A DNA stretch of 63,289 nt, filler included, from Choristocarpus tenellus KU-1152 (taxonomy: Eukaryota; Protista; Phaeophyceae): the NCBI GenBank assembly GCA_964200185.2. It is 9 parts of 9 records of this genome, joined end to end, with 100 filler letters (N's around TTAATTAATTAA, not from the genome) between each part and the next. Parts side by side here need not be neighbours in the genome. Positions count along the whole stretch, not along the records: positions 1 to 8,672 come from CAXNAD020004458.1; positions 8,773 to 20,037 come from CAXNAD020002417.1; 7 more parts are not named here. One strand, given 5' to 3'. Within the stretch, counting starts at the first letter, position 1; each line of letters begins with the position of its first letter. Positions 1 through 11,900 of the stretch are shown piece by piece. The translations under genes and the position numbers were made by a program. The notes beneath the pieces were generated by a model that ran no database searches, was not told where the DNA came from, and worked only from the letters and a program-made list of their open reading frames with translations.

Positions 1-566
1 CCGCACACCATTCCGGGTCAAACTCATCCTCCATAAAAAACTCCATCCTCAATTTTGGTGATCGGCTGTTATACGCAGGTCAGATAATATTAGATTTGGT
101 CCGGCCGTTGGATATTGAGTGATACAGTACCTGTTGGATACAGATTAGGACCAGTCAGATCATTGCAGAACCAGTCTGGTTCACGGATGGGACCAGTGGC
201 ATTTGGCATAGTCTCCTGCATTTCTCTCCTCCACTCCATCACCACCCTTCAAGTAATCCATTCATATTTGACGCAACCTCTCTGTTGGCATGGATATAAT
301 CCGATGGGGTACATCATTAATTGCAGCGACCAGGACCTATCTCTACTCAACTTTCGACTGAGGTTTGATATTATATGCTTGAAGTGGGATAGACGTTTTC
401 CTGTAGTGAGCTAAACTCACTTCCATCTCACATGTCTCCTCGCCTTCTCCTCCTTCCCCTCCCCTATGCTTGTGTGATCTGTGCAAGGATCAGTAAAGTA
501 TGCATTGTTACAGCGATCAGGTCGCCCCCAATCGAAGTCTGTCTCCAGGATATCAAGTCATTTCTA

Positions 567-790
567 CACAAGCGGCATCCTGTGAAGGATGTAGCACGTG
601 AAGTAGACATTATCAATCCTTACATTATCATTTTTCAGCACTGGTAGCTTTAGGATCCTGAAGCAACCCTTGCGAACATCAAAGATGTGCTTTATTTCAT
701 TCTGCACACTCTCCAGCTTTGTGGATCATGCCTGCTGGTCAATTGTAGTGCACCCCATCAAAAGGCAGGTAGATGAATACACCCCACTTG
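567..790 (-). pseudogene. PIF/Harbinger-like DDE transposase remnant (C-terminal part, decayed)
   Basis: Minus-strand translation *STKLESVQNEIKHIFDVRKGCFRILKLPVLKNDNVRIDNVYFTCYILHRM matches the Harbinger/DDE_Tnp_4 C-terminal pattern LESVRKDVECxFGxLKGRFRIL...CCILHNM. Upstream YLPFDGVHYN* resembles YLIxDGGY. Contains in-frame stops. Confidence 0.6.
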
Positions 791-3700
791 TGCGAGGAAA
801 GTGGGGGGGGAAGGTTCCGTAAAGATACAGCTAGCTTGATTCTAAAAACGTGCTAAAGGATAAAGCAAAAACAATTACGTCGCGAAACAAATAGAGCTTA
901 ACCTAATTCCTCACCACAACACTAAAAAAATTACACAAACAGGATGGAATATACGTTAAATCTGGTGAAAGGTTGAGAAATAATTCTCCATCCACACAAA
1001 CTGACAATTGAAGAAAGAGAGGGTGCGGGCACGAGGAGTCGAAGTTTCTTGTTTTACAGAGTATGATTCTCCACCACTGTATCATCGTAAGAATTTTCGG
1101 ATGGAAGACATTTTGTGGTTGGAGATTTGCAACATTGCCTCAAAATTGTTGACAAGATTCTACAAAGGATGTCAAATGAAGACTACTTTGACCATTGACT
1201 GCTCGCTAGCGAGCTTTTGCCTTCTCATATTACCGTCCTTGACCGTTATTTCGACATGTGTGATTAATGTGGGAATATTGTCAGTGCTGATATAGTTGGT
1301 TGATTACCAGCAGGACTACTGAAAACACGAGGAAACTATTCATTTCTGTTGTGAAATTGAAGGTTACAGACTTAAGTTTGCAAGTTTATTGTTAGTATTT
1401 TTCCTTGGTGTCTGGTGGTGGTATGGATATTTGGTGGAGTGGATTGCATCACACCATGTAGAATAAAAAATATGAACACGAGTTGCCGCAAATTTGAGAA
1501 GACCTTCCCAGCGGTTGAGGTCTATATGTACAAAAAAACACCATTGCCGTCCTAAGGTAGTCAGCCCCTTATGCACGAAGATCCACTTGTCTTACGTATC
1601 CAGAGCCAAGGACGTGGAGAACTAGGTAATGATTCTTTGTGCCGTCCTCTCACTGAAACCACCCATCGTCTTCATCCATACATCGAAGGATTTGCCTCTG
1701 CGAAGGATTTGGAGGGATACTAGTTTGTCGTTCATTGATTACGCTAAAGCACAACATCATAATGAATGGGGGCTAGCAACTTTGATGGACCTCTATTCTC
1801 AGCGGACAAAGACACCCACATGCGATGCCACATGCAATGGGTCATTCGCAGAGAGAAGAGTACTTCGAATGGCACTCAACATTTGGTTTAGCATGGTCCT
1901 TACAACTATGGGTCAGTATAAGCAAGGCAATTAGTAGCGGTCACCAGATCTTCTCACCGTCAACTCAACAGGGATTAAAGGGAGTGCCATTCCAACACCA
2001 GAAGTTGCACGATTGAATCAGTCGTGTGTCTGCACTTATGCCACTAGATTAAAAAAAATGGATACGGCACACAGAATTGCGCTAGAAAACCTCGACCATT
2101 CTGGATTAGGGATTCCTCAGCTTGTTCTCGGAGACATGCACTTCATTGTGGGTATATATTCCAATTTTGTGCACTTTCACATACTGTGATACGTATTGGG
2201 AGAGTGAGCTTCGTCAAGTAACTCCTTCACAACCAACAGATATAATGCAATGGTTTTGGACGGGGACCATCCTTGGCTCTACCAGCACTCCAAACTCATC
2301 GTCACTATACTCACTTTTCTCTATCGCAGAAGGCCATGTGAAACGACAGGTCTGGGTTTGGGGGAAGAGGAATTCTGCAAGGTTAGAAATTTTGATATTT
2401 AACCATGCCTTGAATATTTCGGGCATGACCTACAATTTATGTGATTGGTGGTGTCAGTAACGACAGGTCCCACTTTGGGATCAGCACATTGATATGATGT
2501 ACTGTGCACACCATATTTTTCCATTGAGGCTCTTCAAGGGAATGGTCAATGACCCAGGCACACAATGATCCGCATCTGGATGAATAGAAAATAAGGCAGT
2601 TCAGATCAAAGATTCAATTTGTTCTGACTTATCCTTTTGCAGATGGTGTTGTCATCACTCAGAAGTCCTCAAGATCATCTTTGTTCTGAGGTTTCTGGCT
2701 CTGTTCTGCTTCATCTGACGCCAGTTCTATTCCCGAGTCTACCCTGGCGATTGACATCACCACCTTTGCGGAGAACCAGTGACCAACCACAGTGGGTTAA
2801 ATATAATTCTATCAGCATGGCTCAAGCTTGGTAACGTAGTCGTCAAACAATTGTATGCACTGTTACCGATGGCGCTTTGTATGTTGAGGTATAATGCTTA
2901 CCAACTACGATACGCTTAAGATGCAAAAATGCAGGTGTCCATGTTACACCCTCTTCATGCTCCACCCCATCTCAAAATTGTGCTGCCCCACAACAGGATG
3001 TGCAATCACCTCCATGTGTCGGCCCTCTCCAGGCGATCATCATCCCTGGGTTCCCCCAGCTTCCTAGTCAATAACGCCTACACCATCTTCCTGGGAAAGT
3101 GCCAGAGGTTCACCAAAGAGTCCAACTGGGGACACGATGGTGTGAAGGGTGTACATTTCTTCAAGAGACTAATAAATATGATAGAAAATATCCTCATAGT
3201 GTGTGATGACATCACAGCTATATATTATATTCTCTGCCTGAATTTTACTCTGTTGTTGACTCTGAATTTTCCACTAGAATTGAGAGGCGGTGGCTGTCCC
3301 TGTTCCACCTGATGCTCCTGATCTTGTCAAAGCAACTAATAGTATTGTGAACCAAAAGAATTTTGGTTAAAGTCAATCGGCTAGAAACGATACAATTAAA
3401 TCGATTCAACTGTCGCTGCACGAGGTTATGTCTGTATAATGCACACTAGCACACTAGTCGTCAGGTGGGGTATGGCACTGCAAGGTAAAGGGTCCTCTGG
3501 GTGGAATATGACCCTATTCAAGGTGCAAAATTTCAACCTCCACTCTTTTCTGTGCTATTCTTTCATTGGAGTTGCATGATCTCCCAAGGTACTTGAGATA
3601 GATTATTGCTCAATAATGTCTCACTTTTTAAGGAAGGTCAAAGAATATGTGACTGAGGGGTTGACTGTGAAGAGTGAAAATGGATTCATCAATATTCTAT

Positions 3701-4618
3701 CAACACCTCTCTTCTACATAACTACTATTGCAATACTTCTCACGTGGCTATATTACATAGCATTCTTGAGACGTCACTGAAGGAGAGAAGGCACATGAAC
3801 ACAAGAGATGTACCAGTTGAATGCCTCCTGAAAAAATAAAAATTATCAAACCAATGAACTTTTCCAGTTGTGATCTTGGATATTTTCAATTACTTGAACG
3901 CAAGCTGATTAAACTATTGAGTTTCGTAACACTAACTGAAATACTGATGAAATATATAGTTTGCCAGCAAGAGTAGCCTGGTTGATGGGGACAAGAGTAA
4001 ATTTAATTTGAGAAAAGAAAGGCAAGCCAAGTTGAGATGCAACACAATCAGTAACTTGGAGACGCAGATGCAAAAAAATCCGCTGAAGTATTGATACTTA
4101 GGCCATGTAGTGCACTGTGTGTGAGAAATGCAAACCTAGAAAATATCTCCCACAATACTGCCTTGCCTGCGTTTACAACAATGAGAGGCTTTTGCATTAC
4201 CAAAAATGGTAAAAGAAGTGTGAGATACACGGGAAGGACTCAAGTTGTATCATTGGATCAGTTCAGTCAAATAAATAAAGAACAATTGACCATTTTGCAA
4301 ATGCAAAATGGGAGACAAAAACACAACCTATATAATGCAAAATGGGATATATATATAAACAGTTGTACATGCAGATGCCTGCACCTCTAAATCATACCTG
4401 CACAAACAAACACCTACTTGGCAATCATTGAACCTCTAAAATTCATGTTCACACCAACAACCACATATGTAGGAGGGTCTTGAGAGAGCACTTACACAAC
4501 TGCAAACACTCTTCATTCTTGATTCCCAACCAGCACAGCATTTAGATATGTCCTGATTGGGAAGGCATCAGCTTGCCCATCATGAATGCAATGGGTATTA
4601 ACCTTGTAATAGTTGTCG

Positions 4619-5856
4619 CTACCCCTGCCATCCCCCAAGTCGGAGGACCTCATTAATAACGGCTTGGAATGTGCCAGAGTCGCGCCCTTCATCCTTGAGG
4701 CAGATTGCAAGCAGCAAAGGCTTGTCCGACCTACAATTAACAGGTAGTGAGAGTTGGGATATTAGTCCAGAGTCAAGGTGGGAATCGATCAAGAACATGA
4801 CAATATAGGCAAGGCAACATCAGTTGTGCTAACATGGGATGGGGCAGATGTGACGTTGTATAAGGTGGGTGCTGGTAAGCACACGATAGGGAAGGATAAG
4901 TCACGGTGCATGGTGTAAGGGGTGAGACTATGGGTGGCGAGGATAGTGAAGAGAAGGTCGACCTGTGGCAACACCAGGAGAGGGAAACTGATGGCATTTA
5001 TACTCGAGTCCTCAATCCCACCCGAGATCCAATATTCCACCCTATACCCTTGACCCTGTTTTCCAATGTACTAAGCGCAGCCAAATGCATTAGTAGATGC
5101 TTGTGTTCTCGAAAGCAGATTAGCACGGCTCACTTCATCTGCTCCAACAGTTGCCTGGCATAAAGAGTGAGGAGAGGATCATCCCTCTTCCCCAGGAGAG
5201 TTTCCACCATATACCTCCGGTCCCTACCTCCTGCTGTCAATCCAACTCCGCCGGGGCCAGGGGTCACGTACACCTAAGTGAGTGGCATCGTAATGGCAGG
5301 TATGTTGGGAGGGCAACGCTCCAATCTTTCGCCGTTGGTCCAGATAAAGTACCCGTTTTCTACTACCGCAATCTTAGTGCGACCAATGATACCAGCAGTA
5401 GTACGAGGGTATTGTAGGGATGTCACGCCAATACCCAGAGACAGTTTGAAAGGATATAAGGAGGTGGAGACGAGGCCACGATGGCAAGCTCACCAGGGTG
5501 CCCAACTTTTTGAGCTGAGTGACAACGATGAAGGTGCGATCCGTGTACGGCAGCACTACCACCTCAGTCTTGAGTCCATTGATCTCCTAAGGGATGCAAT
5601 GAAGAGGAATGAGAGGTGTTTTTCGATCAACTACTCTGAGTGACGCTATCGAGAGAGGAGAAAAGAGAACATCTTAAGGCAGTGTGGTAATAGTGAAATC
5701 ACACACAGGTCGCTCAACTTCCTCCAAAAAGCAAAGGCTAAATGGGTTAATCTGAAGAGTTTGTGCAAAATAAAAGCATTAAAAGTATCATCCTCAGCCA
5801 CTTGCCAAAGCTCCTTGCCGGACACCCAGTCCAATTTTCGGCAAAGAGTTTTCCAT
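4619..5856 (-). CDS. PSMG3: Proteasome assembly chaperone 3 (PAC3/PSMG3), complete, 4 exons, 131 aa
   Basis: Exons 5856-5806, 5586-5494, 5273-5134, 4730-4619 splice in frame to MENSLPKIGLGVRQGAL/EINGLKTEVVVLPYTDRTFIVVTQLKKLGTL/VYVTPGPGGVGLTAGGRDRRYMVETLLGKRDDPLLTLYARQLLEQMK/SDKPLLLAICLKDEGRDSGTFQAVINEVLRLGGWQG*. PAC3 motifs VVTQxxKxGT, LLGxRDxP and KPLLLAI are present. Intron 1 has a GC donor (GCAAGT). Confidence 0.88.
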
Positions 5857-6352
5857 GTGTAACGATGGTTATGGGGGTGGTGTTCGATGTGTGAGAAGAA
5901 ATAAGTTGCTCCTCTGGAGGAGGAAACAACAGAAGTTGGTAGAAGTCAAGAAAATGATTTAAGATGTTTCACCACTACAACCACCCGTTTGCTTAGACGC
6001 ATGCAGCGGCACACGAGGAAAAAGAGGTGGTTGGTTCTGGTGGTTCAGGTTGCAAGACTTCTACCCATGGATGCATTATCATCTACAGGGTTACACCCCA
6101 TACAAAGAAGGCGAGGGATGTTCGTGGATAGTGTTGGTGATACACTATAGACACCACCAGTGGAGTAGATTAGGAAAGGTAGAGCCAGCTATGTATTTCC
6201 ATATATTTGTAGTTGACCTATAACCTACGTTGATACGTACATACATATATTTTTGAATGTATTATAAAAACCTGATATTCGATTATGCCTTCATATATTA
6301 TATGCCTTCATATATCATATATAGTGTATGAAATGGACTGCCCCCCTCACCC

Positions 6353-7969
6353 TGTTGAAATACTTGTGGTGTCTGTTCTGACCTAATACTGAATATGGTG
6401 AAGATCACGATACTCTGATAGTATTCTTTTCTGGTTATTCATGTGGTAGTCTACACCTGTTTCACCCCGTATGTCCAGTCAATGGAATTGAGACCACAAG
6501 CCCCTTGTAAATCTAACATCATATATTCACACCAAGCTACTTATTTTACTCTACCAAGGCACACGATTGGTCATCTTAACAGTGGGCCCAATGTGGAATG
6601 CTTCAACAAGCTATAGCGAACCGATTGTTCCTTGGACTTTGTTCTGAGCGACAAGGCGGGGAGTGAGTAGTACCAGCGTACAAGATGTCTACCAGCAGCA
6701 CCACTAAGGTCACCAACCTCCCCACTTTCGCGGGAAAGCTGGATGAGGATTTCTTTGCTTTTGCAGATAGAGCTCAAGCCAATCCTGGAGTCTATGATTG
6801 CGAGCTCGTTCTTCATGGCCCTGACATCATCTGCGGGGTATCAGTCTGGGCAGTGGACGTGGAGTCGAGGCAGTCACTTCCAGCATCGAGTGCGTCATCG
6901 AAAGTTTGGCGATCCACCTCTTGTCGCAGACCTCTTGCCTACAGACGGATCTTTGGCATGAATGCGGTGTCAAGCACGCGCCACCCTGCACTTCGGGAAC
7001 CGGCACAATGAATACATGAAGAGCACGGTCCTGCAGCACGATAAGCAGTAGCTTCCAAGATTTCTTGGCCCTTGAAGTGGCTACTCGGAGATCGTTCATG
7101 TGAACAGGTGCTACAACTAGAAAGGTTTGTGCTGATGTTGCTGCCACATCATTTCTTTCACTACTCTGTGCAGACTTGACGGACTCTGGAAGGAGATGAG
7201 GTGGCAGCAACATCAGCGCAAACCTTTCTAGTTGTAACACCTGTTCACATGGACGATCTCCGAGTAGCCACTTCAAGGGCCAAGAAATCTTGGAAGCTAC
7301 TGCTTATCATGCTGCAGGACCGTGCTCTTCATGTACTCATCGCACCGGTTCCGCAAGTGCAGGGTGGCGCGCGCTTGACACCGCATTCATGCCAAAGATC
7401 CATCAGGAAGCGAGACGTGTGCGACAAGAGTCGGATCGCCAAAATTTCGATGGCAGAAAGGACCCTTCGCCAGAGCTCACTGAGTTGTCCAGGTTAACCA
7501 CTAGATTGGAGTCGATGGGCGAGGTAATTCGCGAGGAGACCAAAGTGGCCATGATCGTCAGAAGCTAGGGGAGAACTACTCCCAGCTAAAGAGCTTCATA
7601 GATCTCGGTGAGACCAAGACTGTAAAACAAGTAGAAGATATGGTAGTGGCCAGGTTCAAATACTTACAGGCCGCTGCCATGGTGAAATCATCTAGAAACA
7701 GGTAGAACGGCCATGCTCTGACTGTGAGTACAGGAAGGGGGACTGTAGGTAGGAAGGGACGGGGAAGGGGCCACGTCTTTTGTTTTATGTGTGCCAAGGA
7801 TGGCTATACGAAGAATGACTGCCCTGACCTTGATCAGGCTAGGCACGCAAGTGCACCTACAAGACTGGGAGAAGATGACAGTCAAAGAGGAAGGTGTGAC
7901 AGGTGCACAGGGATGGGTCACGAGGAGAGCGAGTGCCCGCTGACTGTTCGATCCAGGGAGAGAACATGA
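6353..7969 (+). mobile_element. Truncated copia-like LTR retrotransposon (putative 5' LTR 6353-6581 plus decayed gag with two zinc knuckles)
   Basis: A TGTTG...TAACA segment is followed by GTGGGCCCA (PBS-like). Gag-like peptide SAGWRALDTAFMPK...LTRLESMGEVIREETKVAMIVRS*GENY, then CX2CX4HX4C-type knuckles CFMCAKDGYTKNDC and CDRCTGMGHEESEC. Frameshifts and stops; no pol seen. LTR limits are tentative. Confidence 0.65.
6895..7452. repeat. Long inverted repeat (arms ~6895-7152 and ~7196-7452, ~43-bp spacer) inside gag
   Basis: The reverse complement of 7121-7147 (GTGGCAGCAACATCAGCACAAACCTTT) matches 7201 onward. ORFs 6827..7276(-) and 7201..7497(+) encode near-identical peptides. Confidence 0.9.
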
Positions 7970-8371
7970 AGAGCTTCTGGAAGGGGGGCTAGGCAGGGAG
8001 CATATCTGGGTATCTACCACACAACTCCTTCTCCCCCATATAAATCCCAAGAGGTGGAAGACATCAACTTGAGATTACAAAGGTTAGAAGGCTTCATTAG
8101 AACCTCTTATTTTGGCGATGTAGGACGTCCCCCCTGTCACTGTCTATGCTCGTATTTTTTGTTAAGGCATATTATTTAGTTTGAGTTCTTACGTGTCTTG
8201 TGTATTTTAGTGTATACCCATTGTAGTCAAGTGACAGCTGTGATTTAGTGTGCAGACTGGCTTTTGATAGAAGAGCTATTGAAGCCAGGGAGGGTTTTAA
8301 GTGTATGGCATGTCGGTTCTGAGGGAGTCAATTAGTGCTACTCTTTTCCAAAGATTCGCTTTAGGCATTGC

Positions 8372-8599
8372 ACTAGGGATATTTCGTGGATTGCAGGAGA
8401 CCCAACATGGTATTGCCAAGGACCTGCAGGAGAATGTACTCAATAATGTGTTTGTGGAGATTGTGATAGGATAGGTAGAAACTGACAGCCCCACCATATT
8501 GCTGTACTCCAGTGACTTGTAGTAGTGATGTACTAGGGAAATTTTGTGGATTGTGGGAGGCACAACATGGTATTGCCAAGGGCCTGCAGGAGAAAGTAA
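8372..8599. repeat. Imperfect direct repeat, ~68-bp units at 8372-8439 and 8532-8599
   Basis: ACTAGGGA.ATTT.GTGGATTG..GGAG.C.CAACATGGTATTGCCAAGG.CCTGCAGGAGAA occurs twice, 160 bp apart. Confidence 0.8.
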
Positions 8600-8648
8600 C
8601 CGATGGTGTTTCCACACAAGGCTGCAACAAGACAAATGGGTGGCTGAT

Positions 8649-8672
8649 GACCCAAAGTATCTGGGAGGGGGG
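8649..8672 (+). mobile_element. Terminal fragment of GACCC-type MITE subfamily at contig end
   Basis: GACCCAAAGTATCTGGGAGGGGGG, the same TIR as element 58283-58459. Similar ends at 8773-8789 and 19997-20037. Confidence 0.7.
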
Positions 8673-8772
8673 NNNNNNNNNNNNNNNNNNNNNNNNNNNN
8701 NNNNNNNNNNNNNNNNTTAATTAATTAANNNNNNNNNNNNNNNNNNNNNNNNNNNNNNNNNNNNNNNNNNNN
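8673..8772. other. Artificial contig linker (first of eight)
   Basis: N-run + TTAATTAATTAA (stops in all six frames) + N-run, 100 bp, same pattern at 8 positions. Confidence 0.98.
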
Positions 8773-8914
8773 CCCAGATACATTGGGTCATATATTTGCA
8801 GCAAAGATCAAACGATCACAGTTGCAACCATACCACACCACACCCTAAAACATTTTTTTCCTCTCATCTCCCTCACTGGTTCTTCACCTTGTCCACCCTC
8901 TTGTGATGTGGAAG

Positions 8915-11900
8915 TGTTCGCCTTCCTGGTGGGAAGATGGTGCCTACGGTACAGCATCAGACTCTCATGGCAAGGCAAGCGTCTTTTTTATCTGAGACCA
9001 AGGCCAAGAGGGACCTTCTGAGACCACGGAGTTGTAACATGGGGGGGGAAATCAAAGGCATCTTGGCATCCCTTGAGGGAAGTTTTGATGACATGACCCC
9101 AAAGGTGAGCAGAATATGAAAGGTGTCCCATCCAGAACATCGAAACATTTTATTTTTTTCTTGAGTGTGCACAGCACAATTTCACGTGAAGCACTATCTT
9201 GTTGGTCACAGTCTCCAACGACTCACAATCCTAGCCTTCTCCAACCTCCACACAGACACTTCGCAATAATCTTGAGACACAATATCCCCTGGGAAATATA
9301 AACACCCTGTTGGATCTTTTCAAAATCACGTTTCGATAGATTCCATTTGTATCAAACGACAGTCTCCCCTTACGGCAGATGCCAACCTATCAATGACCAA
9401 TGAGCCAAAGTATGTTAGAGGGTAGAACCGCGTCCATTTGGGGACCAAAATCCAATGTTGTGATTTCGATGTAAGTTTGGCTATCGTGTTTGTTAGGAAG
9501 TGTCAATATCCTTGTTCCAAAGACACCTTTTCATAATGTATACATGTTATCTACTCCGATATATTTTGGAGTAGGAAAATGTCATAAAAACCCCAAGAGT
9601 AGCCAAGTCCCAAATGAACAAACAGGGCAAAACTCGTACCCTCTAAGATACTTTCACTCAATGTGTTCCTCTTTTGGGGGGGAGGCGGGCTTAGTATCCT
9701 AGAGGGGTATGTGTATTGCCCAGCTTGTCCATTCAGGGCTTGATGGGCTGTTATAAAATCTCCCAGTTTAATGCCTGGTGCGTTGGTGATTTTCCTTCAA
9801 ATTTGGTATGGGGTTAGGGTTAGGGGGTAGAAAAGGAAGATGTGCTGAGATGAAGGAAATTGCCTTTACATCCGACTTGTTCACTCAAATGACATGAAAT
9901 TAACTACATGGTCACAAAGGCTCTAAACGAATGCATGACCTGCCCTCTTGGATACTGTGGGGTTTTTTTGCTCTTTACCCATTCTCAAACATAACACTAA
10001 GCTCCGCATTCCTTCCTGGAATACAGGTAGAAACCTATCAGGATCCTGCGTGGAAAGAACAGGCAAAGGGAATGACTGCTAGAGAACTTCCCCAGATTCG
10101 TAGCACCGGTCTTGAGCTTGGTCCCACACCAGGTCTTGGTTCAATTATATATGCAGGGGAAGATGGACCGGCTTTAGCTGAGAGGCAAGGAGGTGGTCAG
10201 GGGCTGTCGGGATCTGCCCTCTGGGGGGGCATGGAAGATGCAGTGTCATCAACCTCGTGTAGGGCAATGTCAAGGTTCAAGAGGGGTGGGAAGTGGCTTG
10301 GAGACTTGGATGTGAGAAGACAACTACTGGAAGAGAACCCACTGCTGAAGAGGTGTTGATGGTAGTTCCTGGGGTGTTTCCATTGGTTGGTACATGGGAC
10401 GATTCTATGTCTGAGGTGTGTGGTCTTTGCTCCAAAATCTCTCTTGCTACAGACTTCTCAAGGGAAAATATTTCCCTGAGAAAGGGCAAATCAATGTATA
10501 TATATACGGTTATTGTAGCAACTCTTGGGTCTCGTTCATCTATTGCCCTGATCTTCTTTTTTGTTTTGGATGTGAAACCGACTGTATTGACTAGGAGAGG
10601 GGTATACATTTAAACCATTTGGCAGTTGAGCAAACCCTTCTTTAGGCTAAGAAAGGGGATGTAGACGTGGTGAAGATAATGTGGAAGCCTTAAATTGTTC
10701 TGGGTCCACCAGATGTTTTTTGTTGAGGCATCAGGAGCTTATCACTTCAGACTGGGAAGGTCACCTGTTGTAGCTTGGTTCATAGATGGTGTCAAAAATA
10801 TTGCGCATATGTGGGGAAACAGAATAACATCATCTGGAGCTAGTATGCTGAAGACTTACTCTGTTATTGTGTAACGGGTCTCGAAAAAACCACCAACATG
10901 TGCAAAGAAAATTGTGCATTTTTTTTTAACATACACTGCACTTGTGTTGGTGATTGAAAGAGGGTCATCACACCATTATGTTTACAGAGTGACAAAAGGG
11001 GGGTGGTTGATTGCCAGTTTTGAGTGTGCCTCCTTTTGCTTAACTTTGTGTGGACAATTAAACTTCAAGGTTCAACTGAACTAGTTGAAATTCGCGTTCC
11101 TTGTTTTACCAGTGCTGAGCTGCCTGATTTTCAACTTGTCTACTCCTCTTTCGATTAAAGATCCAGTGCAAAGCTCCTGAAAAACAGGGAAAGGGAAGAA
11201 AGGCAAGAAGAAGTAATCTTAAACTCTAGTCATCATAGTAATTTGCATAGAGCATACACGCACTCCAAACAATCACAGTCAGACTACCCCCATCTTTCCC
11301 CCATCTATCTTCGCATCTCTCACCAGGTCAATACTTCTGCAGAAGTCCAGTGGCCGATATGCAGAGGAGATCGTGATCCCAGGAGGTACAGTCAGCGTAT
11401 CAAATCCAACGGGCAAGACAGAGGAGTTAGGAATGAAGCTTAGGCGTATCCCCGCATCCAGGCAAGGACTTCCGTTTATCATCTCGACGCAATCCATAAC
11501 AGAGGGAACCAATGTGACCCCAAGATGAATACTGCAACCTGCTGATCCTCAGACAATGCTAGACTTGGCTATACCCTTTTCCCTTTGTTTCCACTCCAGG
11601 ACCAACTACACACACAACGGCATCATTCTGCATCATGAATTTGACCAAATCCTCACTCCTTTTCCAATCTTCCATGCAATGTATTAAGATAATACAGAAC
11701 TACATATAGAATTTATAACATCATTTAGTTCACTTTCAAACTCCATGGTGGTGGTGTAGCCCCTGACCCAATAATGCCATGCTGATAATACCTTACCCTT
11801 CTCATGTAACAATCAGGTTGGATCACTTCCTGGCAAAGGAGGTTGAGAGAGACCAGCTTGTGGTGATATGTTGTGTTCGTAGTGATGATCCCCTGTGTTG

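Noticed and set aside
567-790. Harbinger remnant as the mobiliser of the MITE family
   Set aside because: No MITE-type TIR flanks it, and most MITE TSDs are 4 bp; the link is unsupported.
1000-3312. Scattered short ORFs, perhaps old transposon debris
   Set aside because: No diagnostic motif recognised.
5278-5643. 121-aa plus-strand ORF
   Set aside because: Antisense shadow of PSMG3 exon 2 and its introns.
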